A DNA stretch of 64,000 nucleotides from a virus. Under the pieces are notes generated by a model, which worked only from the letters and a program-made list of their open reading frames with translations, ran no database searches and was not told where the DNA came from. Shown here piece by piece: positions 9,750 to 19,234 of this stretch (its first letter is position 1; each line of letters begins with the position of its first letter). Location of the stretch: positions 38,757 through 102,756 of IMG/VR virus record IMGVR_UViG_3300005466_000025, one strand, 5' to 3'. The position numbers and the translations under genes are program-made.

Positions 9750-9970
9750 TGTCAAATCTAGTTATTAGAACCGAGCCTGGACTTGCCTGGAAATATCGGG
9801 CCAAAGTCTATAAATCATATCTATGGGGTGCCATTATAATTCGCACGGCTACGGCAATGGGATTCGGAAACACTGCCGAAGAAGCAATCCTGGATGCCAA
9901 AAATAAATATGTTCAGTGCGTTCCTAGTGGGGAATATTATAGATCAGTAAAATGGGACGGGAGGCTTTAA
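9749..9970 (+). CDS. hypothetical protein (GxTxEEA motif)
   Basis: GGAGGA RBS; GFGNTAEEAI. Confidence 0.55.
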   Translation: MSNLVIRTEPGLAWKYRAKVYKSYLWGAIIIRTATAMGFGNTAEEAILDAKNKYVQCVPSGEYYRSVKWDGRL

Positions 9971-10149
9971 TGTCATATCTATGTAAGCACGGATACATGT
10001 TTTCATCGTGTCAAACATGCGTTGCAATTGAGGAAGCCGTTGAGGAATTCCTAATGGCACCGCCTGAAACAACCGTGGAAGATGACTATATGTATGATGT
10101 TTATCTGGAAATGGATGAGCGTCGTCTCAGCGAAACGGAGGAGAATTAA
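9970..10149 (+). CDS. hypothetical protein
   Basis: GGAGG RBS, TAATG coupling; CKHG..CQTC. Confidence 0.5.
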   Translation: MSYLCKHGYMFSSCQTCVAIEEAVEEFLMAPPETTVEDDYMYDVYLEMDERRLSETEEN

Positions 10150-10473
10150 ATGAATTTCCTGGCCGTACTACAGACGGATAATTCCGAGTTTGTATGCCTT
10201 GGCAAGACTAAAAAGGCCGCAAAAGCTGGCGTATATGACGGATATAATACATTCGTCAAAAAGCTTCTGGAAACGGAGCATAAGAATCCGCTACAGGATG
10301 TAACATCGGAATGGCTGGAATCACGGCTGGATAAATATTATCGTCATTTTCTTGGCGGTAAGGTAGGAATGGAAACCCTGGAACGAAAGTGGGAGCTAAC
10401 CGTTCTTGAACTCACTTATGATACTTGTTATCGTGATGGGTATGAGACTCCCCGCCGGGAACAGGACTATTAA
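10150..10473 (+). CDS. hypothetical protein
   Basis: GGAGGAG RBS. Confidence 0.6.
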   Translation: MNFLAVLQTDNSEFVCLGKTKKAAKAGVYDGYNTFVKKLLETEHKNPLQDVTSEWLESRLDKYYRHFLGGKVGMETLERKWELTVLELTYDTCYRDGYETPRREQDY

Positions 10474-10665
10474 ATGATCGTCAATATCATCTTGGTTTTT
10501 GACACAGATGAGATGGCGAAAGATGCAGATGATGGCGAATCCTATGGTCTTCCTGATGTTCATCAAATTGCGGAGGAAACTAATATGGAATGGGCCGCAA
10601 ATTATTATGGATATCAGGGGTACCGGGTGGAGGTAGCACAATGGAAGGAGACAATTGGAACCTAA
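10474..10665 (+). CDS. hypothetical protein
   Basis: abuts both neighbours. Confidence 0.5.
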   Translation: MIVNIILVFDTDEMAKDADDGESYGLPDVHQIAEETNMEWAANYYGYQGYRVEVAQWKETIGT

Positions 10666-11218
10666 AATTCTACTAATCGTTGGACGATCAGAAACGGAGG
10701 ATAGATTTCGCTCACAAATTGAGCGGACACTACCAAACGGGTTTGTTATTGAAGGGATTCATTCACTTGGTGAGTTCTATGAATCCGACAATAAGGATCG
10801 GTTTATTGCGTTTGTATCGTGTCTAGATGAGGAGCTTTTCAATGAGAGCTTTGACGCAATTGTTCGCAAGGCTAGGGCTAATTCTTTCGGTGCAAACCCA
10901 TTTGACAACATCTCAGATGCGTTCGAATATGCAACGAATGAATACAACTTCGAATCAGATGATTCTGCCAGAGAGGAACGATATACAGAACTAAGGGAAA
11001 GGTTCCCTCTATTTTCGGCAGAGGAATGGGAGCAAATTCAAATCTTTGACTCCCTATATCATACCGGGAAGGTCCAGCCAATTCGTGCCAGATTCAATGA
11101 TGAGACAGTAGTTGTATTGGCTCATATTACGGCGGGTGCGGATGAAGTTAGGGTAACGCCAATGATGGTACTTATCACTGACGATATCCATAACGATCTG
11201 GAAATTCCCTTTGCCTAA
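10655..11218 (+). CDS. hypothetical protein
   Basis: AAGGAG + TTG start, 187 aa. Confidence 0.6.
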   Translation: MEPKILLIVGRSETEDRFRSQIERTLPNGFVIEGIHSLGEFYESDNKDRFIAFVSCLDEELFNESFDAIVRKARANSFGANPFDNISDAFEYATNEYNFESDDSAREERYTELRERFPLFSAEEWEQIQIFDSLYHTGKVQPIRARFNDETVVVLAHITAGADEVRVTPMMVLITDDIHNDLEIPFA

Positions 11219-11229
11219 GGAGGTTCAAA

Positions 11230-11541
11230 ATCTCTAAAATCTACTTGAAACTAGTCGTTGAGGAAATCGCAGATGATGCAGCAGTGGAAGCATTATTTGA
11301 GGAGCTAGAAACCTACCCATGGATTAGAACCGCCAGCATTTCATTCGGCGGTATGTTCGGGGAAACTAGGAAGAAGGATTTCTATGTTGACCGAATCTTT
11401 GAAGGGGTATTGCCTCGCGTAGTAGTGCAGCAATTCGAAATCAAGCGTCTTGATAGGAATAGAATTCGTAGACTTATCAGGAGCTATGAGCAAAAGGCAA
11501 TCGAGCTAAAGGAGCAACTAAAGGGTCTTGAGCATTCTTGA
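11230..11541 (+). CDS. hypothetical protein, probable ATC start
   Basis: TAAGGAGGT 5 nt before in-frame ATC. Confidence 0.55.
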   Translation: MSKIYLKLVVEEIADDAAVEALFEELETYPWIRTASISFGGMFGETRKKDFYVDRIFEGVLPRVVVQQFEIKRLDRNRIRRLIRSYEQKAIELKEQLKGLEHS

Positions 11542-11890
11542 GAAGAACTCATATAAAATAGAGGAACTTAGAACCATTAAGGACCTCCGGGATATCTATA
11601 ACTCTCATACACCAAAAAGTGCCTGGCTTTTTCTGTCCCTAGTTGGATTTCATGGGACAAGTCTGACGCTGGATGATCTTGAATTGATTCTGGAAAATCA
11701 ATCCAATATCACTGAGTCCGTGAATGGAAGATGGTGGATCACTATTCTGGTGGTCTATCCACTGAGAACATCGGTTTCCATTCTTGAATTCGGGGATATC
11801 ATGATTGACTCCGAGGACATTCAATGGCTCAGGGAAAAGGTCAGGGAAACCCTGGTAGAAGTGGAGGCATCTCAATATGGAAACACCTAA
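11528..11890 (+). CDS. hypothetical protein
   Basis: overlapping run, 120 aa. Confidence 0.6.
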   Translation: MSILEKNSYKIEELRTIKDLRDIYNSHTPKSAWLFLSLVGFHGTSLTLDDLELILENQSNITESVNGRWWITILVVYPLRTSVSILEFGDIMIDSEDIQWLREKVRETLVEVEASQYGNT

Positions 11891-12155
11891 GACAATGTTG
11901 TTTAGGGCTGAGAGGGAAATGGCAAACGAAATCGAAGTCAATATTCCTGAGCTTCGCAATATGTTCGGGGATACTTGGCGTAATTTGGTTAATCCGCCTG
12001 ATTACTATGATGATGATCAGGATGGATATGAGGATGATATTGAGGAATTCGTCAAGGAGGTTCTCTATGGAAATGGGGAGGAAATTGACGGTGTTTCTCG
12101 GATTGGCGGAAATGAAACAGATGGTGTGTTCTACATGAGAATCAGAAACTTCTAA
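11877..12155 (+). CDS. acidic hypothetical protein
   Basis: GGAGG RBS; Asp/Glu-rich. Confidence 0.55.
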   Translation: METPKTMLFRAEREMANEIEVNIPELRNMFGDTWRNLVNPPDYYDDDQDGYEDDIEEFVKEVLYGNGEEIDGVSRIGGNETDGVFYMRIRNF

Positions 12156-12688
12156 TGGGAATGAAAACTGAGCTACAGGAGCATCTTTCATTTCTGGCGG
12201 AAACCCTAGGTTGTAGATTGGATCAGCCGGGAATTGATACCCCCGGAATGATGTATGTTGAATTTGGATATGTGGAAGGGCCTAAGCTCTCCCGAGAAAT
12301 CACAAATTCCTATTCAAATCTACAGTCACGATACATGGTGAATATGCATGAGCTAGGGCACTTTGCACGCGGCCATACGCAGGGCCGTCCGCCTATGCAA
12401 AACAAAAGGTGGTATTTCACCAACGGGGTTTTAAAAAGTGAGGCGGAAGCCTGGGAATGGGCGATGGATAATTCCATTCTATCCGCCTATGAGAACGACA
12501 CTAAATCCTTCATGTGGGAGCGATGTATGGGTTCATATTATCGAGGCTCCCAGATGGACGGATACACCCGAAATGATAACCGTCTATTCAATGGGAATAG
12601 GCATCACGTTGCATTCAAATGGGATCGCCCGGATGAGTATTTCTGGGAAGTAAAGGAGAGACTAAGTGGAGCAGCTACCTACGCTTAA
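12155..12688 (+). CDS. HExxH zinc metallopeptidase-like protein
   Basis: MHELGHFARGH followed by E.EAWEWA. Confidence 0.65.
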   Translation: MGMKTELQEHLSFLAETLGCRLDQPGIDTPGMMYVEFGYVEGPKLSREITNSYSNLQSRYMVNMHELGHFARGHTQGRPPMQNKRWYFTNGVLKSEAEAWEWAMDNSILSAYENDTKSFMWERCMGSYYRGSQMDGYTRNDNRLFNGNRHHVAFKWDRPDEYFWEVKERLSGAATYA

Positions 12689-12875
12689 GGCAAGATTCAG
12701 ATATGACGGATTTGTCCGTCATCTGGAAAATGTCACCCTTGAGCCATTAAAAAGCACGCTCATTGGCATGGAAGTAAGGAAAGGGGGAATGTTCTCAAAC
12801 AAAATCAAGAGATATTCTTTTGACAAAATTGATCATCCCCTTGAATTTTCTAGGGAAGGAGAGGCAGATGAATAA
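12666..12875 (+). CDS. small WYL-like domain protein
   Basis: FRYDG..R...IKRYSFDKI pattern. Confidence 0.45.
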   Translation: MEQLPTLKARFRYDGFVRHLENVTLEPLKSTLIGMEVRKGGMFSNKIKRYSFDKIDHPLEFSREGEADE

Positions 12876-13287
12876 TCAGGAGGCATACGAACTAATCTTT
12901 GATTGGCTTGCCCGACCAGGGGCAACTAAGTGCATGAAGGAAAGAGTGATTGGAGTAGGACAAGTTTGTGCCTATTCTGATGGAAAAGGCAATCATTGTG
13001 CCATTGGTGGCCCTATGAAGAATATCCTCGACCTAAAAATTGTGGATTATGCGGACGAAGAAGGAGAAATGATTATTGGAGATTATGAGGGCTCAATTGT
13101 GGAATTGATGGGATGGGCACCTGAAGTTGATGCATTTTGGGATGGTGTTGATATTGACTTTCTTGAATCAGCACAAACATGCCATGATGCTCCACTCCAA
13201 GATGAAGATTGGCAGAATGAGGCCCTAACAAGTCTAAATGCACAGGCTTCTAGTTTCGATCTAAAACTAAAGAAGATTCCCGCATGA
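12868..13287 (+). CDS. hypothetical protein
   Basis: GGAGAGG RBS; CAY..CAIG..Q.CHD conserved-looking phage motif. Confidence 0.6.
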   Translation: MNNQEAYELIFDWLARPGATKCMKERVIGVGQVCAYSDGKGNHCAIGGPMKNILDLKIVDYADEEGEMIIGDYEGSIVELMGWAPEVDAFWDGVDIDFLESAQTCHDAPLQDEDWQNEALTSLNAQASSFDLKLKKIPA

Positions 13288-13499
13288 CAGTAAGGGAAGA
13301 GGCAATTGCTCGGCAGATTAGATTCAGTAATCTGGACTTTGAGGATATTTTCAAAGCGGAGGGAATTGATTTCTACTCCCTCTCAGAGGATGAATGGCGA
13401 TCCTTTGAAAATATGTTCATGGAAGGTATTCAATGGTCAGAAGTGGCGAGTATTGCCGCCTCAACCATTAAATTCCATAGGGATGCCGACACAATCTAA
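13284..13499 (+). CDS. hypothetical protein
   Basis: ATGA overlap. Confidence 0.55.
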   Translation: MTVREEAIARQIRFSNLDFEDIFKAEGIDFYSLSEDEWRSFENMFMEGIQWSEVASIAASTIKFHRDADTI

Positions 13500-13506
13500 A
13501 TAACAT

Positions 13507-13548
13507 TAGCGGCCCTGGGACTAATACTCCTGGGGCCGCTATTTTTTT
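13507..13548 (+). terminator. rho-independent terminator ending the early region
   Basis: TAGCGGCCCTGGGA / TCCTGGGGCCGCTA stem followed by a T run. Confidence 0.8.
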
Positions 13549-13596
13549 GTGCTAAAATCCATTCAGAATTACTAAACAATTCAGAAAGGATTAAGA

Positions 13597-14502
13597 ATGG
13601 CAACCCCAACAGGAATTCACAGAATGCTTCAAAGTGGATACTGGATCAATACTGTATTTCCACAGTTTAAGGCCAAGTATCCAATTGATGCAGGAAAGAT
13701 TGAAAGCGAACAAAAGGGAGTTAAAAAGCCCCTTCCTGCGTCTGATTTTGCAAAGGGTGTAGTGGAGGAAATACGTGCCCACCCTTTAACCCTACCCCCT
13801 AGCACAAATTTTGGCATTTGGGATAAGCCAACGGTAATGTTGCACAACCCTAGGGGTGGAGTCGAATATCAGGAGGAACAAGTTAAATATTTCGGCTCAG
13901 CTATGTGCGACGTAAATGGAATTGATCCAAATGATCCCCAAAGCACCTGGGCACCATATAAGACTAGGGCCACAAATGTCGGTCTTAAAACAGTTGATTG
14001 GCAGCACTGCCACACATATCCAATGGTCCAGGACCTACTCAATAAATTCAAGCAGAATCCTCTTAAGACAGGCGGATTGAATCTTGAGAGCATTGTGTTT
14101 GAGGGATTGAAGCCTAACATCCTGGCGCAAATGATTGACGACACATTGGGAACCGATGTTATTTTGGGAATCCCAACATTGGGATGGATGGATGGAATTG
14201 ATTGGTCGGCGCTGAGCCGCCATGTATTCCAGCTTGAATTTTTCCTCAACGACCCAGTGCCGGATTGGATCGGTATACCGGACGTTGAACTATGTAAGCA
14301 AATGGCATATCACGCCAGGGAGGATTGTGGGGTTAGAAAGCTAACAATGGTTTGTGGAATATATGATGCCTCATCATACAATCCCCTTGCCAGAACTCTA
14401 ACATCATCCCAGTACAAATCCATTATTGCGGCTGCGGGAGAACGATTTGGAGGCATTTATTTGGGCGATAACAATGGCCCAAACTATTCACAATGGGCAT
14501 AA
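13597..14502 (+). CDS. hypothetical protein (possible glycoside-hydrolase-like barrel)
   Basis: 301-aa ORF; own extended -10 (TGCTAAAAT ~13550) and GAAAGGA RBS; function not recognised. Confidence 0.6.
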   Translation: MATPTGIHRMLQSGYWINTVFPQFKAKYPIDAGKIESEQKGVKKPLPASDFAKGVVEEIRAHPLTLPPSTNFGIWDKPTVMLHNPRGGVEYQEEQVKYFGSAMCDVNGIDPNDPQSTWAPYKTRATNVGLKTVDWQHCHTYPMVQDLLNKFKQNPLKTGGLNLESIVFEGLKPNILAQMIDDTLGTDVILGIPTLGWMDGIDWSALSRHVFQLEFFLNDPVPDWIGIPDVELCKQMAYHAREDCGVRKLTMVCGIYDASSYNPLARTLTSSQYKSIIAAAGERFGGIYLGDNNGPNYSQWA

Positions 14503-14672
14503 GAATAGGGCGAAAAGAGGGGTTACGGCACCCTCTAGAGTGCCTCTGTGCGGCTATAGGCGCTTGTCTGCGGCCATGCAAAACACATGGGCGGTAAGGG
14601 CGTCACTAGGGGTTTGTTTGAGCGCAGGCGGCCTTAGAAAATGAGCGTATAAAGAAATGCTATAATACTATA

Positions 14673-14957
14673 ATGAAAAAGCCAACAAGAAAGGACTATG
14701 ATGCCTTTAGGTGGCTTCCACTTGATCAGTGGAATACGGATAAGCTATTGGGTCCAATCATGGGAGGGACAATCTGTTGCAAGATTTGCGACACATACAT
14801 TGCAATGATGGACTCCAAAACCCATGTTGAAAAACACGTCGCCGTCAGAAAACGGCAGCTTGCTGATGATAAAAAGAAGGCAAGTGCCGCAAGGGCGGAG
14901 GCAATGAGACTGGCTAGGGAAGAGAAAAAGAGGAAGAAACTGGCCGGCAATTTGTAA
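14673..14957 (+). CDS. C2H2-like zinc-finger protein, leaderless
   Basis: CKIC..H...H; TGCTATAAT ends 6 nt before ATG. Confidence 0.6.
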   Translation: MKKPTRKDYDAFRWLPLDQWNTDKLLGPIMGGTICCKICDTYIAMMDSKTHVEKHVAVRKRQLADDKKKASAARAEAMRLAREEKKRKKLAGNL

Positions 14958-14976
14958 GCTAAAAAGGAGGGCTCTT

Positions 14977-15462
14977 ATTTTAATTAAAAGAAAAAATAGA
15001 ATTTTTATTTTTATTATTTTGTGTGTTGTATTATTATTTTCATTTGCTAGATCGGCAACCGCCTCAAGTAAGGCGGAAATCAAGAAGATCAATAGATATC
15101 TACAATCAACACCGATGAGAGGGACAGGTAAAATAATTGTCAATCAGTCCAGAAAATACAAGATCAACCCCACTTTCGTTGTTGCAGTTGCAGGAAAGGA
15201 ATCGAGTTTTGGAGCAGCATCTTGCAGCAGCAATCCAAAAAACGTTTGGGGACTCGGAGCTTGCAACAGAGCTTGGAGAACTCCTGAATTCAAATCCTGG
15301 ATACAGGCTATCAATTATTTTGTCCGTTTTATTGACGGAAGATGGCCCAGTGCTAATAACCCATTCGAATTCTATGGATACTGCCAGGGGTGCGAGTATG
15401 AGTGGGGGAGCGCAGTTTCAACTCATATGCGAAACATTACCGGAAGCACAAGAGTAAGATGA
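14977..15462 (+). CDS. secreted glucosaminidase/lysozyme-like protein, probable ATT start
   Basis: signal peptide (KRKNR + hydrophobic + ATA); INPTFVVAVAGKESSFG..NVWGLG. Confidence 0.7.
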   Translation: MLIKRKNRIFIFIILCVVLLFSFARSATASSKAEIKKINRYLQSTPMRGTGKIIVNQSRKYKINPTFVVAVAGKESSFGAASCSSNPKNVWGLGACNRAWRTPEFKSWIQAINYFVRFIDGRWPSANNPFEFYGYCQGCEYEWGSAVSTHMRNITGSTRVR

Positions 15463-15665
15463 GAGCAGAAGAGGAAATAAGACGGTTCTATAAGGATTAT
15501 GTCCTTAGATTCGCAAAGTCCAAGCTAACAGGAAAGGAAGTTGCGGCTCAACAATATTTTGGAGCCGCCGTAGCCTGTGGCAGAATTTTAGGTAAGGATA
15601 TGAAGAGAATTAAAAAGGATTTTGGGATAGCCGAGGATCACTATCGCAGAGAGGGACTGGATTAA
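15459..15665 (+). CDS. hypothetical protein
   Basis: ATGA overlap; converges with the late operon. Confidence 0.5.
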   Translation: MRAEEEIRRFYKDYVLRFAKSKLTGKEVAAQQYFGAAVACGRILGKDMKRIKKDFGIAEDHYRREGLD

Positions 15666-16219
15666 ACTCCGGTCCCTCTCTTTTCAAAGTACACCTTCAT
15701 ATTCTTGTCAAAATGCTCCTGCTCCCCGATTTGTTTCATGGTGAGTCCACCACCATTTAAATGATGGACAACGACAGTCTCAATGTGCGCCATGGCTATT
15801 TCACTTTCCCATAGGCGGTCATGTAGATCATCGTCCTCCCAATATCCGCCTTCAAACCTCTCATCGAAGAAATCCCCATATTTCTCATATATGTCCTCAT
15901 AAATGATTCTAGGGACGCAGAAGAATGACCGTGGAAGGGTATCCCGTGGATCAGGAATCACCCTGGGCGTAGTGATGGCATTATTAATTGCCAAATCCCG
16001 CAATGTGCCATTTGTAAGCCATGTATCATTATTTGCCACAATAATATGATCCCCGGATGCAAGTCTCATGCCTAAATTAACTGAGGCACCGTATCCCAAG
16101 CCGTCATTGGCTACAATAATTAATTCATCATGGCCCACAAGGGAGTTCACGCACTTTTTAAGCATGAAATCAACATCCTTCAATCCATACATGTGAGGCA
16201 CGACCACGCTAAGCTTCAT
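15662..16219 (-). CDS. GT2-family glycosyltransferase
   Basis: LSVVVP, GYGASVNLG, NND, FDERF..GYWEDDD. Confidence 0.85.
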   Translation of the reverse strand: MKLSVVVPHMYGLKDVDFMLKKCVNSLVGHDELIIVANDGLGYGASVNLGMRLASGDHIIVANNDTWLTNGTLRDLAINNAITTPRVIPDPRDTLPRSFFCVPRIIYEDIYEKYGDFFDERFEGGYWEDDDLHDRLWESEIAMAHIETVVVHHLNGGGLTMKQIGEQEHFDKNMKVYFEKRGTGV

Positions 16220-16727
16220 TATTTTCCCCTAAAACATAAAAGTTTCCATCGGCAAATATGGCATATGGAGTAAATCCTAGCTTACGCAAATCTTCCTTTG
16301 CCTCCTTATAATCGTAATCAACAATCTTTGCCTTGAGATATTTTGTGTTTTTCGGCCATCTTCCGCCATTCTTGAAAATATTTTTTTCTTTTCCCCTAAC
16401 GTCAATTTTAATAAAATCTATTTTGGCCGTTTCGGCAATATTGTTGAATATTAGGGTGTCAAGGTCAAAATACCCCAAATCGAAGTATTTGTAGCAGATG
16501 TTATCATGATAAGCTAACAAACTTTTATCCATCAGAAAATTTGACCTATCACTTTCAAATGAGAGAATTTTGGCCTCAGGAAACATCATGGCGAACTGAA
16601 ATGAGGAGAATTTTGTTCTCACCCCCAGATCAACGATTAAATTGGGCTTAAAGTTTCTAGGGAGATTCCATTCACCCCGCCTGGAAACAATCTCGGCATC
16701 TGGCTTCATAAGTTTCTGTTCCTCCAA
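16209..16727 (-). CDS. FkbM-like methyltransferase
   Basis: IVDLG..ILSFE..IDFIKIDV.G.E; start uncertain. Confidence 0.65.
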   Translation of the reverse strand: MEEQKLMKPDAEIVSRRGEWNLPRNFKPNLIVDLGVRTKFSSFQFAMMFPEAKILSFESDRSNFLMDKSLLAYHDNICYKYFDLGYFDLDTLIFNNIAETAKIDFIKIDVRGKEKNIFKNGGRWPKNTKYLKAKIVDYDYKEAKEDLRKLGFTPYAIFADGNFYVLGENNEA

Positions 16728-17232
16728 CTAGAATTGTCGGCCCATCAAAGGCCGCTGGTTTTCCATCAACAAGTCTTTGTGTAAATGAGGCATCATCTGC
16801 CCCACATTTATTGCAGACGGCAGTAAGTTTGTCCACGCGATCAGCAAGAACCATCAGACGAGGAATTGAGCCAAAATCCTGCGTTGCAAAATCCTTGTCT
16901 AAACCACAAATAATTACTTTTTTATTATTTTCCAAACAGGCACCAATATATTCAATTATTAATTCATCAAAAAATTGTGCCTCATCAACTCCAACAACAT
17001 TTATATCTTCAGCGAATGCTGTCTCCCACAATGCATATGAATTTTCTAAATCATCAGCCTCAAGCTTACTTCCATTATGTGAGGTGACATATCCCCACTC
17101 ATATCTTGTATCAATTGCTGGTCGCACAAGCTTGACAGTTTTGCCAGCGATTTCTTCTCGCCTCAAGCGCCGCAATAACTCCTCAGTTTTACCTGAGAAC
17201 ATTGGTCCTGTGATTACTTCAAGTCTGGACAT
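16672..17232 (-). CDS. tdk: thymidine kinase
   Basis: GPMFSGKT, DEAQFF, GLDKDF, LTAVC..C, GGTETYEARCRDC. Confidence 0.95.
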   Translation of the reverse strand: MSRLEVITGPMFSGKTEELLRRLRREEIAGKTVKLVRPAIDTRYEWGYVTSHNGSKLEADDLENSYALWETAFAEDINVVGVDEAQFFDELIIEYIGACLENNKKVIICGLDKDFATQDFGSIPRLMVLADRVDKLTAVCNKCGADDASFTQRLVDGKPAAFDGPTILVGGTETYEARCRDCFQAG

Positions 17233-17528
17233 TCCATCTCCTCAACGTAGGTATTCAAGCGAATATATTCATTATTGTCCCGCTTGCTTTTTCTTTGCCT
17301 GCAATATTCCTTGAATGCCTCATGCGCCAATTCCTTTGCTTCCTCCATGGTTTCACAATATCCAAGAAAGCATCGATAATCTCCAAATACAGTATATTCT
17401 TCCCAGTTATCAACCAGACCCCAAAATTTATTTTGTTGAACTTCTTCTAGTTTCCAATAAAAATTTTGTGTCTTTCCCTCTACTGGACGACCGATCACAG
17501 GCTCAACCACAATTCTAATTTTGCTCAT
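17214..17528 (-). CDS. hypothetical protein (GYxxTxEEA family)
   Basis: paralogous to 17515-17847. Confidence 0.6.
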   Translation of the reverse strand: MSKIRIVVEPVIGRPVEGKTQNFYWKLEEVQQNKFWGLVDNWEEYTVFGDYRCFLGYCETMEEAKELAHEAFKEYCRQRKSKRDNNEYIRLNTYVEEMECPDLK

Positions 17529-17847
17529 TTTCCGTCCATTCAGTCACATAATCCTTCTTGGAATAATTTTTTATTGATGTGTTTTGCTTGAGATATTTCT
17601 TGAACCACTTCTTGGTTCTCAATCCCTTATAGTATTCCTCAACTGCTTTTTGACCTGCTTCATGGGCTTCATCCTCTGATTTGGCGAAACCCCAGGCCCT
17701 AACAGGATAAACACTTATTTCCTTCCAGTATGCATTGGAATCAGAAAGATGAAATGTTTCAATCTTCCAGCTCCAAACACCCTGTTCAAGTGTGGGTTCA
17801 ACAACAACTCTTACATCTCCATTAGAAAATCCGCTCTGTGCTGTCAA
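17515..17847 (-). CDS. hypothetical protein (GFAKSxDEA family)
   Basis: paralogous to 17214-17528. Confidence 0.6.
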   Translation of the reverse strand: MTAQSGFSNGDVRVVVEPTLEQGVWSWKIETFHLSDSNAYWKEISVYPVRAWGFAKSEDEAHEAGQKAVEEYYKGLRTKKWFKKYLKQNTSIKNYSKKDYVTEWTENEQN

Positions 17848-18379
17848 GATATATCACCCCTATTCCTGGTCCCCTTTCCCAATCATTGTGAGGATAAATT
17901 ATCTCAGAAAAATTATATTTATTTTTTATTTCATCCCAGAAAATACTTACTTCTGAATTGAATGGATAGTATGAAAGAATATCATGGAATGCAATGATGG
18001 AATTGTCGGACATTAATCTTGAGTACAGATAAAAATCCTTGGATACCTCATCGTATGAGTGTCCTCCATCAATGAACAGCCAATCAAGGGCCACAAAATT
18101 TTGTGCGGCCCACTTCCATGATTCATAATCCTGGCTTGGAGCCGTTCTATAAATGATTTCCGTATCATGATAAGTCTTCCAAGAATTATAATGCTCAGAA
18201 TTTATACGCTGTACATCAATGCTGGCGATCTTTGTGTCAGGCTGTGCATATTTCGCCCAATAAAATAATGTTCCACCCTCATGCGTCCCAATCTCCAACA
18301 CATTTTTGGGCTTTCTAAATTTATATAGTTCCAGAAGTTCAGCAAACTCCGGTGGATTCTGTGAGGTTGGTGGAATCAT
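17822..18379 (-). CDS. class I SAM methyltransferase (Methyltransf_24-like)
   Basis: VLEIGT..GGT, LFIDGGHSY, IAFHD, GIGV. Confidence 0.85.
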   Translation of the reverse strand: MIPPTSQNPPEFAELLELYKFRKPKNVLEIGTHEGGTLFYWAKYAQPDTKIASIDVQRINSEHYNSWKTYHDTEIIYRTAPSQDYESWKWAAQNFVALDWLFIDGGHSYDEVSKDFYLYSRLMSDNSIIAFHDILSYYPFNSEVSIFWDEIKNKYNFSEIIYPHNDWERGPGIGVIYLDSTERIF

Positions 18380-18711
18380 AGATATTTAATCCATGTTTTC
18401 TTTTCTAACTCAATTTCTTTATCTATCATTTTCTTTTGTAGATTGCCGAAGTGCGTGGATTTTTCTATCGCCTCTTCCTTTGTTTTTGCATAGCCATGCG
18501 CCTTAATTTCTTCATCTCCGCCTTCATTGGCCCCAATATAAGGTTCACTTGTTATATAAACATACCAAACCCAAGATAGTTCGTATCCATCCCCTATGAC
18601 ATGAGGATTTCGTTTAGCTACTAACTTTACCCATTTCATATTTTCATATCCTTTGTGATTTGTCTCACTATATAAAGAAACACTAGGTATCCTACAAATC
18701 TTCTCATCCAA
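18376..18711 (-). CDS. hypothetical protein (GYAKTKEEA family)
   Basis: ORF in operon. Confidence 0.5.
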   Translation of the reverse strand: MDEKICRIPSVSLYSETNHKGYENMKWVKLVAKRNPHVIGDGYELSWVWYVYITSEPYIGANEGGDEEIKAHGYAKTKEEAIEKSTHFGNLQKKMIDKEIELEKKTWIKYL

Positions 18712-19234
18712 TAAATTGTTTATTCATTTGAAAGAATGCAGTCAGACCGTAGTTGTATATTAAATCAAATTCCCTGGGCACATCCTTTCCACTAATTTCT
18801 ATCTGATAGTCATGCACCGCAAGAAAATCATGTGGTCCAAGAAACGGGGAGAATAATTCAACCTCCCTGGGCTTGTCCCCGTTGTCACAGAAGAGAACAA
18901 GCGGGAAGGGCGAGTCCTGTATGGTATGCTCAATTATTTTTTTATTATCAAAAATATTTATTTTTTTAAATCCCTCAATTTTATTTAATGGTTCCCCAAT
19001 ATCAAATGTTCTGAACCACTCAACATTTGTGCTGAGCCACTCGGAAAATGTTCCATCACCTGTCCCCAATTCTATGATTGCCCTGGGAACATACTTGCGA
19101 AGAAAATAACTCCATGCCTCAATATCTGTCTGATGTTGAGAGGCGAATTTAATTTCCTCCTTCCCACTTTCCAACTGAGTTTTTAGCTCGGCGGCTACCT
19201 CACTAGCATATTTATATTCCATGCACTCTTCCAT
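18704..19234 (-). CDS. CmcI-like SAM methyltransferase
   Basis: IIELGTGDG, LFCDNG.K..E, AVHD. Confidence 0.7.
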   Translation of the reverse strand: MEECMEYKYASEVAAELKTQLESGKEEIKFASQHQTDIEAWSYFLRKYVPRAIIELGTGDGTFSEWLSTNVEWFRTFDIGEPLNKIEGFKKINIFDNKKIIEHTIQDSPFPLVLFCDNGDKPREVELFSPFLGPHDFLAVHDYQIEISGKDVPREFDLIYNYGLTAFFQMNKQFIG

